Counted from the stretch's first letter, positions 10,755-22,221 are shown. The stretch: 64,000 nucleotides of DNA from Trichormus sp. ATA11-4-KO1 (GCA_019358915.1 JAHHIM010000065.1:224001-288000), one strand, 5' to 3'. Numbers and translations: made by a program. The notes: generated by a model not told the origin, from the sequence alone.

Positions 10755-10966
10755 AGAGTGCTGAGTGCTGTAGACGCTTCTGCGGCTGACCGCAGGGTGG
10801 AACCAGTGACGTGTACGTAGGGGTCTCCCCCTCCGTAGGATGCGCGCAGCGCTGTAGTGGAGCATCTGGCGTTGCTGAGTGCTGAGTTAAGCGTTAACCT
10901 TTGATGCATAAACATGCCAGATTAATGACAAACTATTGAGGCAGAACAGAGAGTAATCCAGATGTC

Positions 10967-11890
10967 ATGAGAGATTCGTGGAAGCAATGGCTGACAAACC
11001 TGGGATGGTCACAGTCCTTGCTGCTTGGGACTCTGGATATCGTGTTAGTACTGGCGCTGACGTACATGATACTAGTTATCATTAGTGAGCGCCGGACATT
11101 ATGGATGGTGCGGGGATTTATTATTTTGATGCTAGCCTCAGCACTCAGTGGCAGAATGGGTTTACCACTACTAAATTTTGTTTTGGAAAAGCTGGTGATT
11201 GGCTGCGCTGTAGCGATGGCAGTTGCTCTACAGTCAGAGTTTCGCCGATTTTTGGAGCAAGTAGGACGTGGTGAATTCCAACAGTTGTTTAAACCATCCA
11301 ATCTCACAATCCCCAAGTCTGATAGTGTAATTGATGAAATTGTGGATGCGGTTAAAGAACTCTCGAAAAACCGAATAGGAGCTTTGCTGATTTTGGAAAC
11401 AACTGGCCCGATTGACGAGCGGGATTTTTCCGTACCTGGAGTTAAGCTGAATGCTGACGTTTCTAAGGAACTAATACAAACAATTTTCCAGCCGAAAACT
11501 TTACTACACGATGGGGCGACGTTGATTCGTGGCTCGCGTATTGTTTCATCAGGTATAATTTTACCACTTTCGGAACGCACAGCCTCGCGCCAGTTGGGAA
11601 CACGCCATCGGGCAGCAATGGGAATTACTGAGCGGGTCAAAAATTGCATCTGTGTCGTTGTATCAGAAGAAACGGGTTCTATTTCCTTAGCGGAAAGGGG
11701 AACCCTAAATAGACCACTGACGATTAGGACGCTGAAAGAGTCATTAGAGGCTCGATTATCGCCAACAGTAGATCGGGAAGCTGTTGCTCCAGGTTTATTC
11801 ATTTTGGGTCGTCAGATGGGTGGTAAGGCACTAGTACTTGTTTCACGTTTACTCGGTTTACCATCGACCGCTTCTCGAAATAAAAAATGA
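10967..11890 (+). CDS. cdaA: Diadenylate cyclase CdaA
   Basis: N-terminal TM helices; LHDGA, GTRHRAA, VSEETG motifs. Confidence 0.93.
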   Translation: MRDSWKQWLTNLGWSQSLLLGTLDIVLVLALTYMILVIISERRTLWMVRGFIILMLASALSGRMGLPLLNFVLEKLVIGCAVAMAVALQSEFRRFLEQVGRGEFQQLFKPSNLTIPKSDSVIDEIVDAVKELSKNRIGALLILETTGPIDERDFSVPGVKLNADVSKELIQTIFQPKTLLHDGATLIRGSRIVSSGIILPLSERTASRQLGTRHRAAMGITERVKNCICVVVSEETGSISLAERGTLNRPLTIRTLKESLEARLSPTVDREAVAPGLFILGRQMGGKALVLVSRLLGLPSTASRNKK

Positions 11891-12636
11891 CAGCACAACC
11901 AACTGAACTGCAATATTTGCCCCCTGACTTGAAACGAGAACTACTGCCAAAGCACGTTGCAGTGATTATGGATGGCAATGGTCGATGGGCTAAACGTCAA
12001 GGTCTACCCAGAATTATGGGACATAAGCGAGGAGTTGATGCCCTGAAGGATTTGCTGCGCTGTTGTAGAGATTGGGGCATTCAGGCACTAACGGCTTATG
12101 CTTTTTCCACTGAGAATTGGAAAAGACCCCAGGAAGAAGTAGATTTTTTAATGACTCTGTTTCAAAGGGTTTTGCGCCAAGAATTGCGGGAAATGGTTGA
12201 GGAAAATGTGCAAATTCAGTTTGTGGGAAATTTGCCAGCTTTGCCATTATCGCTCCAACAGGAAATTTCCCGTTCTATGGCAGAAACTCAGCATAATCGT
12301 GGTATTCGGTTTTCTGTGGCCACAAATTATGGCGGACGCCAGGAAATTTTACAAGCTTGCCGGGCGATCGCCCAAAAAGTGCAGCAAGGTGTCCTCAAAC
12401 CTGATGAAATTGATGAAGAGTTATTTGAGCGCCACTTGTACACAGCCGGAATTACTGACCCAGATTTATTAATCCGTACCAGTGGCGAAATGCGGCTTTC
12501 TAATTTCCTCCTTTGGCAAATGGCTTATGGGGAAATTTATATCACTGATACTCTTTGGCCAGATTTTGACCGCAATGAATTTCACCGCGCCTTGTGTGCC
12601 TATCAGCAAAGAGAGCGGAGATTTGGGAAAATTTGA
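11887..12636 (+). CDS. uppS: Undecaprenyl-diphosphate synthase (isoprenyl transferase)
   Basis: [34 protein letters not shown]. Confidence 0.96.
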   Translation: MTAQPTELQYLPPDLKRELLPKHVAVIMDGNGRWAKRQGLPRIMGHKRGVDALKDLLRCCRDWGIQALTAYAFSTENWKRPQEEVDFLMTLFQRVLRQELREMVEENVQIQFVGNLPALPLSLQQEISRSMAETQHNRGIRFSVATNYGGRQEILQACRAIAQKVQQGVLKPDEIDEELFERHLYTAGITDPDLLIRTSGEMRLSNFLLWQMAYGEIYITDTLWPDFDRNEFHRALCAYQQRERRFGKI

Positions 12637-12648
12637 AGAATTAAACAT

Positions 12649-12841
12649 AGGACTTACGCAAAATTTGCCAAAAAGCTGAATTTATCAAACCGCCCTTCTC
12701 CTGTCGGAGACGCTACGCGAACGGGTTCACCAGTCGCCTAGGTTGGGAGACCCGCCTACAGCGCTGGTTCACCAAGGCGCCCGCGCGCAGCGATCGTCAG
12801 GGCTGTAGACGCCAAGAATTCGTTGAGTGTGCGTAAGTCCT
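12649..12841. mobile_element. MITE-like element with AGGACTTACGCA terminal inverted repeats, carrying nested inserts
   Basis: aggacttacgca...tgcgtaagtcct; shorter near-identical copy at 21790-21870. Confidence 0.75.
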
Positions 12842-12879
12842 AAAAAATTTTTAATTTTTAATTCTTAATTTTTAATTGT

Positions 12880-13152
12880 TTACGGGCCAGAAAACACGGC
12901 TTCTTCTATATCTTCCCGGCTAAGAGAATACTTAAATGAGCGTTGAATATCTTGCCCATTTTCCCCAGATTGGACATATCGCACGATGATTTGCTCAATA
13001 TCGAGCCAAATTTCAGCTTCCCAAGTAGGGCGCTGCACACGCCAGCAATGCAGCTGTGTTTCATCTTGTTGACATCCTTGGTCTTTTAACCATTGCTCTA
13101 TTTGCGGTAGTGGATGACTATATAGGGGGGTATCTGAGGAAAGAATAGACAT
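12880..13152 (-). CDS. Conserved cyanobacterial hypothetical protein (DUF3143-like)
   Basis: TPLYSHPLPQIEQWL...FKYSLSREDIEEAVFSGP. Confidence 0.75.
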   Translation of the reverse strand: MSILSSDTPLYSHPLPQIEQWLKDQGCQQDETQLHCWRVQRPTWEAEIWLDIEQIIVRYVQSGENGQDIQRSFKYSLSREDIEEAVFSGP

Positions 13153-13164
13153 AGGAATTATGGA

Positions 13165-13740
13165 TTAAATAATTTTTGAGGGAAAATTTTTAATTTCCCA
13201 AAAAGTTGTTGATGTTGACAGGTGGCTAATCTGTCTGTTGACTGTGAAAGTTGGTTGTAGCAATTGCGTCTGGAAAGCAGCTTCACCACGAGTTAAGCCT
13301 ATGGCGATCGCTAGCAGCAGACAACCTACAAAGGTTAATACCAAAATAAATACAGCAAAAATTTCACCAGATGAGAGCGGGCGATCGCTTGCGTCTAGAT
13401 AAGCCGATTTCGACCATTTGGGTGCACGGGAAACAGGACGATTTAAGTCAGATGGTGGTTGAATTACCGTAAATCGGTAATAGCGAATTTTTTGGTCATA
13501 GCTTTGTCGCCGTTCTGGGCTGCTAAGGGTGGCGTAGGCTTCGTTAAGTTGCTGAAATTTAGTAGTGGCGACGGCAGTAGGCAAATCTGTAGTATCAGGA
13601 TGATAGCGTTTACTTAGTTCCCGATAAGCGCGACGAATTTCTATTACTGATGCTGAGGGATGTAGTCCTAGCAGGGAGTAATAAGTGGGTTCACTGCATT
13701 TTGGCATTGCCCCATTGTGATTCACGGCTGTTTGAGTCAC
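13165..13740 (-). CDS. J-domain membrane protein
   Basis: AYRELSKRYHPD; C-terminal TM helix. Confidence 0.9.
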   Translation of the reverse strand: MTQTAVNHNGAMPKCSEPTYYSLLGLHPSASVIEIRRAYRELSKRYHPDTTDLPTAVATTKFQQLNEAYATLSSPERRQSYDQKIRYYRFTVIQPPSDLNRPVSRAPKWSKSAYLDASDRPLSSGEIFAVFILVLTFVGCLLLAIAIGLTRGEAAFQTQLLQPTFTVNRQISHLSTSTTFWEIKNFPSKII

Positions 13741-13865
13741 CTTGCAATCGAGTTTTTTTTATATTGTAAACCCCCTGAACCTACGTCAGGTGAACTGTCT
13801 GTGTCTTGCTGAAGCTGATAATCTTTGTGGAAAACTATCAAGCTGCTGATGCAATCAATATTGAT

Positions 13866-13979
13866 AGGACTTACGCAAGAACTCTCTGAAACCCTCTTTT
13901 CTTCTGCTCTTTGTGTCCTTCGTGGTATGCGCTGCGCGCACGCTTCACGAACGTTTTTTCATGATTTTGCGTAAGTCCT
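13866..13979. mobile_element. MITE-like element, AGGACTTACGCA family
   Basis: Same terminal inverted repeats, different interior. Confidence 0.7.
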
Positions 13980-14039
13980 GATTGATTTACATCAAACATA
14001 TTCTTACTTATGCTAAATATGATCAGGAGGAATGGAAAA

Positions 14040-14441
14040 ATGACCCTTATTTTTAATCAAGATAAATATAAAGAATTATTAATTAAATATCAACCAAAGT
14101 TAATTAAAAATGAAGCAGAAAATGAAAAGGCTTTGGCTATAGTTGAAGAACTGATGTATATTCAAAATCGTAGTCCAGAAGAAAATGAACTTTATGAACT
14201 GCTAATTACGTTAATTGAAAAATTTGAACAAGAATACTATTCACCAGGTAAAGAATCTACACCTCATTCTATGTTGCTTTTTTTGATGGAGCAAAAGAAT
14301 TTACAACAGTCAGATTTAGTAGATATTTTTGGTTCTAATAATATTGTCTTGGAAGTTATGAATGGTCAGCGAGAGATTAGCAGATCCCAAGCTCAGGCTT
14401 TAAGTGATGTTTTTCATGTTGACCCTGGTGTGTTTATTTAA
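14040..14441 (+). CDS. HigA-type HTH antitoxin, no adjacent higB
   Basis: LLITLIEKFEQ...MLLFLMEQKNLQQSDL...GQREIS. Confidence 0.85.
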   Translation: MTLIFNQDKYKELLIKYQPKLIKNEAENEKALAIVEELMYIQNRSPEENELYELLITLIEKFEQEYYSPGKESTPHSMLLFLMEQKNLQQSDLVDIFGSNNIVLEVMNGQREISRSQAQALSDVFHVDPGVFI

Positions 14442-14606
14442 TTTATTTTTCTATAAAAAAGAAAAACGCAGAGAAGGCGAAATTTTGGTACCATTTGTGA
14501 ATTTGTGATGAGCTTTTACCTTACTCAGTGCTGAGTGCTGAGTGCTGAGTGCTGAGTCAAAAGAAGAAGGAAGGACTTTCGCACTGCACTCTTCATCACT
14601 TACCAT

Positions 14607-14867
14607 TTAGCTTTCATCACCATAATCTAATCTATGCCGAATATCCAAAATCAGGACAATTTTCTGTCCATCTTGAACTTCGTAAATCACACGATAATCA
14701 TCAACATATATACGCCATCCTTCAGTACCCGATACTCTTAGAGCATTTGCAGGTATAGGTGTTGCTGCAAGAGCATCAATCTGTCTCCCGACTTCTCTTT
14801 GAGTAGGCTCAAATAAATTTAGGAACTGGTGATTAGCTTTGGGAAAAATCCAAATAGTATACATCAA
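14607..14867 (-). CDS. RelE/ParE-family toxin
   Basis: WRIYVDDYRVIYEVQD...ILDIRHR. Confidence 0.85.
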   Translation of the reverse strand: MMYTIWIFPKANHQFLNLFEPTQREVGRQIDALAATPIPANALRVSGTEGWRIYVDDYRVIYEVQDGQKIVLILDIRHRLDYGDES

Positions 14868-14872
14868 TGCTC

Positions 14873-15712
14873 CTATTTAATTTGAGAATAGAAGCGAATA
14901 GGCTCATCTTTTGAAGCTTTAGCAGCTTGATAGGCATGAATGGCAGCCAATTCTTCCAAAACTGCTTGCTCAACTTGAATAGCCTTACCTCCAGAAGCCT
15001 TGGCAGCTTTATGGACGTTATGGGATTTGAGTTTTTCCTGAAATCTTGGATCGAATGGAAATGGAATGGCATCGTCTATACAAGTCTTAGCTTGTTTATA
15101 GACATAAATAGCTCTCCATTCTTCCAAAATTATTTTCGGATTCTTTATCAGATGTGGGATTTGGTAGTTGGGAATAGGTGAAAACTGAAGCGCATTCCGA
15201 GCCATGTTGAAAGCGAACTCAATAGGCGAACCTGCACAAAATGCGGGGTGATATCCTGCTAGACCATCATAAAAGCCAACAGCAAAAGCGATCGCAGCGT
15301 CGTCCGCAATCGAATCATCCATGCCAATTACGTAGTTTACATTTTGGGCAATTGCCTCTGCTTGAAAACTCGAATAACAGGCATTGAGAATCACACATTC
15401 TCTTGGTTGAGAAAACAGACCAAATAATCCAGCTAATGCGTCTCCTGATACTAGCTGTTCTTTTCCTGTTTCATCTTCCAGAATTAATCCGTGCTTTCCT
15501 GCGCCATGTCCAGAAAAGTGGACTATATCTGGTTGACAGTCTAACAAAGCGCGACGAATATCTCTCGGACGAACTGCCCACCTCTGCTCCAAGATAAAAT
15601 TATCCCGATACTTAGATCGCCTCAAGGCATCCTCAATTTCTCGCACTTCCCGTCCTAACCCTAGCCGTGCTGTTTGGCTGGGATTTGCAGCCAAAAACAA
15701 GATTTTTTTCAT
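14873..15712 (-). CDS. CHAT (caspase-like) domain protein with triple antitoxin-like C-terminal repeat
   Basis: KILFLAANP, IVHFSGHG, VILNACYS, FAVGFY; repeats described in findings. Confidence 0.88.
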   Translation of the reverse strand: MKKILFLAANPSQTARLGLGREVREIEDALRRSKYRDNFILEQRWAVRPRDIRRALLDCQPDIVHFSGHGAGKHGLILEDETGKEQLVSGDALAGLFGLFSQPRECVILNACYSSFQAEAIAQNVNYVIGMDDSIADDAAIAFAVGFYDGLAGYHPAFCAGSPIEFAFNMARNALQFSPIPNYQIPHLIKNPKIILEEWRAIYVYKQAKTCIDDAIPFPFDPRFQEKLKSHNVHKAAKASGGKAIQVEQAVLEELAAIHAYQAAKASKDEPIRFYSQIK

Positions 15713-16088
15713 CTAATTAAGTTTGTGCAGGGTGAATATCAGCTGCTTTACCCCCCCTTCTATCATTCTCTTGAGATGAAAACTGTAATCTTGATGTCAA
15801 AGGATTTTTACTTATTAAGAAAGCCTTCAACAAATATTTAGAAAAAATTATCTATAAGTAGCTAAAAAATTTAGTACATCTAAAAATGAACAAAGAAAAG
15901 CAATAAAAAATAAATTAAGTAGAAATGCTTAATTATGTGTAAGATGTGTAATTCTCTCAATAAAGCATTAAATCCTTGACCAGCATGGGTTAGCGTAGCA
16001 TAACCCATCCTACGTTTAATTCAACTCACTTACTTAAATGGGCTATTGTGACTGAGGCTAAAATAAGCATGAAGCGAGTTCAGAAAAT

Positions 16089-16319
16089 ATGACTAACATA
16101 TCTATCATCGACGAAGTAATCGAGCAATTAAGAGCTATGCCGCAGCACTTACAATGGCAGGTATTAGAGTTTGCCCAATCACTGGCCAAATCTCAAGTCC
16201 GAGGGACGCCAGGAAAACATCTGCTGCGGTTTGCAGGTTCAATACCACCTGAAGACCTGCAATTAATACGTGAAGTAATTGAGCAAGACTGTGAACAGGT
16301 AGACATCAATGAATGGTAG
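16089..16319 (+). CDS. Putative VapB-like antitoxin
   Basis: LLRFAGSIPPEDLQLIREVIEQDCEQVDINEW; overlaps PIN start. Confidence 0.7.
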   Translation: MTNISIIDEVIEQLRAMPQHLQWQVLEFAQSLAKSQVRGTPGKHLLRFAGSIPPEDLQLIREVIEQDCEQVDINEW

Positions 16320-16358
16320 GTACTTGCTGGATACCAATATCATCATTGCTCTCTTTTA
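16309..16358 (+). pseudogene. VapC/PIN toxin, only ~16 N-terminal codons remain
   Basis: MNGRYLLDTNIIIALF, then runs directly into the convergent dnaJ stop. Confidence 0.7.
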
Positions 16359-16359
16359 T

Positions 16360-17361
16360 TTAACGCAACAAATCAGCGCGGGGTTTAAAGGTTTCAATTT
16401 GTTTAATTTTTTCGTATAATTCTCGTTCTTCAGGACTAATCTCTTTGGGTGTAACTATCTGAATTTCTACTAATTGATCGCCACGTTGACCGTTATCGTT
16501 GGGGTAGCCTTTATTGGCGAGGCGGAATCGTTGACCAGACCTAACTCCTGGTGGGATTGTCATTTTTACTGGGCCATCCAGAGTTGGTGCTTCTACCTGT
16601 CCTCCCAAAACTGCTTCACTGGGAGTCACTGGTACTTGGCAGAATATATTGGCACCTTCTAGCTTAAATAAGGAATGAGGCTCGACGGTAATTTTTAGGT
16701 ATAAGTCGCCGCCACCAATACCTTGGTTTCGCAGACGGATAGTTTGACCTGTTACCATACCTGGGGGCATAGTCACTTCTAGCGATCGCCCGTCTTCGAG
16801 GCGGATGCGTTCGTTACCACCTTGATAAGCTTTTTCTAGTGGTAGGGTTAATCTAGCTTCAATATCTCGACGAACGGGGCGTGGGGGATTTTTCGGTACG
16901 GTATATTCAACTCTGCTTTTCGGGGAACGAAATGGATCTTTACTTGTGCTGCTACTACCTCCATTTCTGCTATCTTTGCGCGCACCACCTACACCAATAA
17001 CTTGATTAATAAAGCTTTCAAAATCGGAAAATTGGCTGGGATCTACTTCCTGAGTGCTATTACGACCATTTGCGGCACCTGACCAGCTTTTAGGCTTGGG
17101 TGCCTTGTTACTGACAAAGCCTTTTTGTTTCCAGTAGCGACTAAACTGATCGTACTGCGATCGCCTGGCTGTGTCGGAAAGGACTTCGTAAGCCTCACCG
17201 ATATCTTTAAATTTTTCTTCTGCTGACTTATTTCCGGGATTGAGGTCGGGGTGGTACTGCCTTGCTAACCGCCGATAAACCTTTTTTATTTCCTCACCGG
17301 AGGCATCCTTAGGTACTCCTAAAATTTCGTAGTAATCGCGAAAATTCTGCAAATTTTGCAT
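16360..17361 (-). CDS. dnaJ: DnaJ class B (CbpA-like) co-chaperone
   Basis: J domain with HPD, DnaJ C-terminal domain, no zinc finger. Confidence 0.92.
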   Translation of the reverse strand: MQNLQNFRDYYEILGVPKDASGEEIKKVYRRLARQYHPDLNPGNKSAEEKFKDIGEAYEVLSDTARRSQYDQFSRYWKQKGFVSNKAPKPKSWSGAANGRNSTQEVDPSQFSDFESFINQVIGVGGARKDSRNGGSSSTSKDPFRSPKSRVEYTVPKNPPRPVRRDIEARLTLPLEKAYQGGNERIRLEDGRSLEVTMPPGMVTGQTIRLRNQGIGGGDLYLKITVEPHSLFKLEGANIFCQVPVTPSEAVLGGQVEAPTLDGPVKMTIPPGVRSGQRFRLANKGYPNDNGQRGDQLVEIQIVTPKEISPEERELYEKIKQIETFKPRADLLR

Positions 17362-17446
17362 AGTTCAGTTTATTTAACTTTAAATTTAGATTTTGGTAAT
17401 AGGGACAAGGGGATAGAGGAATCAGGGAGCAACTAATGACTAATGA

Positions 17447-19525
17447 TTACAACCAATCATCTTCATCATCCCAGTTATCTTGGTAGCTGGGACGAGACGA
17501 TTTGCGAGCAGAACGGTTGTCGTAGGATGGGTAACGGCTATCTCTGCCATAGTCTCTGTCGTAGTCTTTGCCATAATCTTTGCCGTAGGAATCACGTTCT
17601 CGATATGAATCTCGGGAAAAATCGCGTTCCCGTTCCCGTTCTTTTTCTTTGTCACCACCGGTAAAAATGTCCCGAATAGTACCAAACAAGTCTTCGTCTT
17701 CATCTTCAGCGTAATACTCGCGGACTTCCCGGTTTAGTTCATATAAAGCATCTTGTAAGTCGGCATAGGCTTGATCAATGCCGCGATCGTCGTTTTCTTG
17801 TAAACTTTCTTTCAGTTCCCGGCAAATACTATCAATTCGCTGGCGGCGGCTGCGGGCAAACTGCATACCAAATTCTAGTGCTATTTCTCGCAGTTGTCGT
17901 TCTGCTTGTAAAATCAAAGCTTCTGAACGAGTGCGCTTTTCTACTCTTTCTTTGCGTTCGCGATCGACATCGGCGTATTTTTGGGCGTCCTGAATCATGC
18001 GATTCACTTCTGATTCGCTTAAGGTAGAAGCACCTTGAATTGTAATACTTTGTTCTCGTCCGGTAGTTCTATCTAAGGCTGTTACCTGCAAAATCCCGTT
18101 AGCATCGATATCAAAGGATACTTGAACCTGGGGAATGCCTCGTGGTGCTGGGGGGATGCCATAAAGCTTAAATCTTCCTAGGGACTTATTATTGGATGCC
18201 ATGTCCCGTTCACCCTGGACTACATGAATTTCCACGGTGTTTTGGTTATTTTCTGAAGTGGAAAAAATGTCAGAACGGCGGACGGGGATGGTAGTGTTGC
18301 GGGGAATCAATTTTTTCATCACACCGCCGATGGTTTCCAATCCCAAAGATAAAGGTGTCACATCCAAAAGCAGCACATCTTTGAGTTCACCTGCGAGAAT
18401 GCCTGCTTGAATGGCTGCACCCACGGCTACCACTTCATCAGGATTGACATTTTCGTTAGGTTCTATCCCAATTAAGTCGCGTACTAGCTGCTTCACCATT
18501 GGCATCCGTGTAGAACCGCCCACTAATACCACTTCTTCAATGTCTACGGGTGACAATCCAGCATCTTTTAATGCCCGTTTGACTGGTGTGCGTATCCGTC
18601 CTACTAAGTCAACGCACAAACCCTCAAATTGGGAACGAGTCAGGCGGGTTTCTAGATGCTTGGGGCCATCTTCCGTAGCAGTGATAAAAGGTAAATTAAT
18701 ATCGGTGACGCTGACAGCCGAAAGTTCAATTTTGGCTTTTTCTGCGGCTTCCATCAATCGTTGCAGTGCTTGGCGATCGCGTCTTAAGTCTACACCTTCA
18801 GCTTCCAGAAATTGCTGTGCCAACCAATCGACAATTTGTTTGTCAAAGTCATTACCACCTAGTTGCGTATCTCCACTGGTAGCTTTGACTTCAAATATGC
18901 CATCACCCACTTCTAAAATTGACACATCAAATGTGCCACCACCCAAGTCAAATACCAGGATAGTTTCAGTTGTACCCCGATCTAATCCATAAGCCAAAGA
19001 TGCAGCAGTTGGTTCATTGAGAATCCGCAACACTTCTAAACCGGCAATTCTGCCAGCATCACGGGTTGCCTGTCTTTGAGAATCATTAAAATAAGCGGGA
19101 ACTGTAATTACTGCCCCTGTGACTGGTTCACCCAAATAGCGGCTGGCATCCTCTGCCAATTTTTTCATCACCATTGCCGAAATTTCTTCTGGGGCGAAAT
19201 CCCGCTTGAGGCGAGGACAGGGAATTTTAATATTACCTAATTCGTCTTTGCGGATGGTGTAGGGTACACGCTTAGATTCCTGGCTCAGTTCACTATACTT
19301 GCGCCCAATGAAGCGTTTAACAGCAAAAAATGTATTTTGTGGGTTGAGGACGGTTTGTCGCCGTGCCATTTGCCCAACTACCCTTTCACCTTCTTTACTG
19401 AAGCCGACTACGGAGGGGGTTGTTCGCATTCCTTCCGCATTGGCAATCACCACCGGCTTGCCACCCTCCATCACGGCGACTACTGAGTTGGTTGTACCCA
19501 AGTCGATGCCGACTACCTTGCCCAT
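17447..19525 (-). CDS. dnaK: Hsp70 chaperone DnaK with long charged C-tail
   Basis: [19 protein letters not shown] motifs. Confidence 0.97.
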   Translation of the reverse strand: MGKVVGIDLGTTNSVVAVMEGGKPVVIANAEGMRTTPSVVGFSKEGERVVGQMARRQTVLNPQNTFFAVKRFIGRKYSELSQESKRVPYTIRKDELGNIKIPCPRLKRDFAPEEISAMVMKKLAEDASRYLGEPVTGAVITVPAYFNDSQRQATRDAGRIAGLEVLRILNEPTAASLAYGLDRGTTETILVFDLGGGTFDVSILEVGDGIFEVKATSGDTQLGGNDFDKQIVDWLAQQFLEAEGVDLRRDRQALQRLMEAAEKAKIELSAVSVTDINLPFITATEDGPKHLETRLTRSQFEGLCVDLVGRIRTPVKRALKDAGLSPVDIEEVVLVGGSTRMPMVKQLVRDLIGIEPNENVNPDEVVAVGAAIQAGILAGELKDVLLLDVTPLSLGLETIGGVMKKLIPRNTTIPVRRSDIFSTSENNQNTVEIHVVQGERDMASNNKSLGRFKLYGIPPAPRGIPQVQVSFDIDANGILQVTALDRTTGREQSITIQGASTLSESEVNRMIQDAQKYADVDRERKERVEKRTRSEALILQAERQLREIALEFGMQFARSRRQRIDSICRELKESLQENDDRGIDQAYADLQDALYELNREVREYYAEDEDEDLFGTIRDIFTGGDKEKERERERDFSRDSYRERDSYGKDYGKDYDRDYGRDSRYPSYDNRSARKSSRPSYQDNWDDEDDWL

Positions 19526-19841
19526 GCGTTACTCTTCTCCTAGCGTGTCTTGTACATTTATAATTAAACGGGACTACCTCTAGCTGTTTGCTATCGGATG
19601 AAAACACCTCAATATGATGATAGTCATCATGAAGAAAAGAAGTAGAGGAGCTTAAGCTTGAGGAGCTAGTTGCAAGACTAGGATAACATTGACAATGCTT
19701 CGTATGTCCAAGCAGCCTCAAATCTTATAGTCTAAATACTAAACCTCATTCTCTCTTAGAGTTGGGAAATCCACCCTCGTAAAAGTTGCTTTTCCCTTCT
19801 TCTTGACACAAGAATGCTAATATTGCAACTGATTTAAACAT

Positions 19842-20690
19842 TTGAATTTAAAAGAGCGATTACAAACTCATTTGAGGGAGATAGCGCGAGAACGCGATCC
19901 TTACATGGCGACAGCTGGGCATTTTTTTGTCCAAGAATATATCCGTCAACAATTTGCTCAATGGGGAAGTGTGGAAATCCACACCTTTCCAGTCAGCAGT
20001 AAAACCTATAGTAATTTCATCCTCGATTTACCCTCTCAAACTGCAACAAAAAAAGGGAATCTACCACCAATTTTAATTGCTGCCCATTATGATGCTGTAC
20101 CTGGAACACCAGGGGCAGATGATAATGCTACAGGTGTAGCAGTTTTGTTGGAATTAGCCAGAAAATTTGCTGCGGAACCAGCTAGATATCCTTTAAAGCT
20201 AGTGGCTTTCGATATGGAAGAGTATGGCTTGTTGGGTAGTACTGCATATGCAGCCTTGCTACATCAACAACAGCAACCACTACGCTTAATGATGTCTCTG
20301 GAAATGTTGGGGTATCGTAATTTTGCCCCTGGTTCTCAAAGTTATCCATCTCCTCTAGAACGCTTTTATCCCAATCGTGGCGACTTTATTGCTTTAATTG
20401 GTAATTTAAGGACAATTCGTGACTTAATCGGCATGAGTCAAAGTATTCGCCAAGTTGGTGTATCAAGTCAGTGGTTACCAGTACCAAATCGAGGTGTAAT
20501 TGTCCCTCAAACCAGACAAAGTGATCATGCACCGTTTTGGGATTTGGGTTATCCAGCAATGATGGTGACAGATACGGCGTTTTTAAGGAATCCCCATTAT
20601 CACAAATCTAGTGATGCGATCGCTACTTTAGATTTGGACTTTCTCACAGGCGTTTGTGAAGGTTTAGAACTTGCAATTCGGAAGTTGTAG
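19842..20690 (+). CDS. M28 family metallopeptidase
   Basis: AAHYD, PGADDNATG, DMEEYG, SDH motifs. Confidence 0.9.
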   Translation: MNLKERLQTHLREIARERDPYMATAGHFFVQEYIRQQFAQWGSVEIHTFPVSSKTYSNFILDLPSQTATKKGNLPPILIAAHYDAVPGTPGADDNATGVAVLLELARKFAAEPARYPLKLVAFDMEEYGLLGSTAYAALLHQQQQPLRLMMSLEMLGYRNFAPGSQSYPSPLERFYPNRGDFIALIGNLRTIRDLIGMSQSIRQVGVSSQWLPVPNRGVIVPQTRQSDHAPFWDLGYPAMMVTDTAFLRNPHYHKSSDAIATLDLDFLTGVCEGLELAIRKL

Positions 20691-20764
20691 GAATTTAGAA
20701 ACCATATCACTTGAGATTTTAGATGATGTTCGCGCAGCATCTAGTAAAACCCTTTCGGCAGTTC

Positions 20765-20810
20765 TAGAATCCCCCGAATTTAGCGCAAGCGGATTCGGGG
20801 GATGAGTCAA
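20765..20810 (+). mobile_element. Isolated IS200/IS605-type right-end remnant
   Basis: gaatcccccgaa...ttcgggggatgagtcaa: subterminal hairpin ending in TCAA; no transposase adjacent. Confidence 0.45.
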
Positions 20811-20871
20811 AATCACTAGATATTTCTGCCAAAGTGAGATACTCCCAAAACCATCTCGCCAAGTATCCGTT

Positions 20872-21546
20872 TTACAAAATAGAGTTCATTCCTAGACTTG
20901 CACGAATTTCACTAATTTGTACATCCCAATATTGATCCCATTTTTGAGCAATAAACTTACCTGAAGTCTGGGAACCTAGTCTGTAACCACGAGAAATTTC
21001 AGACATTAAATATTTGAATTTAGTTGGTTGATAAAGACTAATCATCACCAGGCCAAAACTCACAATCATTACACTGATGGGAATTGGTGTCTGACCAATT
21101 ACAAAAGCTTGCAGTCCAATTTCCCCAATTTCATCAGTATCAAATCCCGCAACTACATGATAAATATCATGGGTACTTCTCCAAAGCATTTTGAGATAGG
21201 AGATATCATCAACGACAGGAACTTTCTTGTAAAAGTAGGGATTGTAGCCTCTGGACTGAATTTTATGAGCATAAACATGACCTAAAGTACCTTCTGGAAG
21301 CTGACTTAATTCATCCAGATTAAAAGGAGCAGGAAGCCAGCGTTCTTTAAACAGGATGTTTACCTCAGGAATTTTTTTTAGCTCATCAACAGCTAGTTGA
21401 GCCATTTCTGTTTGATCAAGTGCGTCTTCAAAATCAAACACTGGATCAGTGCTACCATCTTCACTTTTTAGAGTACTAGATGCGAGAAATTGAATAATGT
21501 AGGTCAGGAGTCCTTTATCGGTGTTGCAGGTAATTACATTGACCAT
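20872..21546 (-). CDS. Coq4 family protein
   Basis: LPEGTLG, HDIYHVVAGF, GEIGLQAF. Confidence 0.85.
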   Translation of the reverse strand: MVNVITCNTDKGLLTYIIQFLASSTLKSEDGSTDPVFDFEDALDQTEMAQLAVDELKKIPEVNILFKERWLPAPFNLDELSQLPEGTLGHVYAHKIQSRGYNPYFYKKVPVVDDISYLKMLWRSTHDIYHVVAGFDTDEIGEIGLQAFVIGQTPIPISVMIVSFGLVMISLYQPTKFKYLMSEISRGYRLGSQTSGKFIAQKWDQYWDVQISEIRASLGMNSIL

Positions 21547-21789
21547 AGTGATTTTCTGTGTTGAAATATAGCTTTGCCAATTCAAATTCGAGGTGCATTA
21601 GTTAGAATTTATGCTTTGCCAATAAAAAAAGAATAAGCCCTATTTAGTTGTGATAAAAATAATTCTACTTTTCATGGATCTTCAGAGGGATTCATGAATA
21701 CATAAATTGTTGTTTATTGAAAGATTGAAGTTAAATGCTCAATTTGACTTAATGTGTAAATTCAAGCTCAAAAATTCAGTAAATAATTC

Positions 21790-21870
21790 GGACTTACGCA
21801 AAATTTGCCAAAAAGCTTAATTTATCCAACCGCCAAGACGCCAAGAATTCGTTGAGTGTGCGTAAGTCCT
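21790..21870. mobile_element. MITE-like element, AGGACTTACGCA family (empty form)
   Basis: Same ends and subterminal sequence as 12649-12841. Confidence 0.75.
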
Positions 21871-22074
21871 AAATAATCAAATATTTGTAAATTAAGTGTT
21901 GTTTGCCATTTTGGCAATAAAGTAAAAAAATCCAGTAATTGGCATTATTTTCAGCTATTATACATAATATAAAAAGTATAAAATAATCCAATTTTAACTA
22001 TTACTTAATCTTTGAGTAATAATTGAATTCAAACCAAATCATCAACTTTATTTATACCTAAAGACAGTAAAGTT

Positions 22075-22190
22075 ATGTTAGACCCCGTACAAACTTTTAC
22101 CATAGCCAATCAAGTCATTTTTGATGAAGGATAACCGGGTGATTATATGTACGGTGTGCTAGAAGGAAAAGTTGATTTATCGGTGAAGTT
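22075..22190 (+). pseudogene. Degraded cyclic-nucleotide-binding protein gene fragment
   Basis: MLDPVQT, then ANQVIFDEG*PGDYMYGVLEGKVDLSV with in-frame stop. Confidence 0.6.
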
Positions 22191-22221
22191 TTGCACCACG
22201 AATACTCAAAACCGTATTGAG

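Noticed and set aside
14525..14560. TGCTGAG heptamer runs (also about 10757, 32885; AATCTCA at 52161)
   Set aside because: Ordinary STRR-type repeats of heterocystous cyanobacteria
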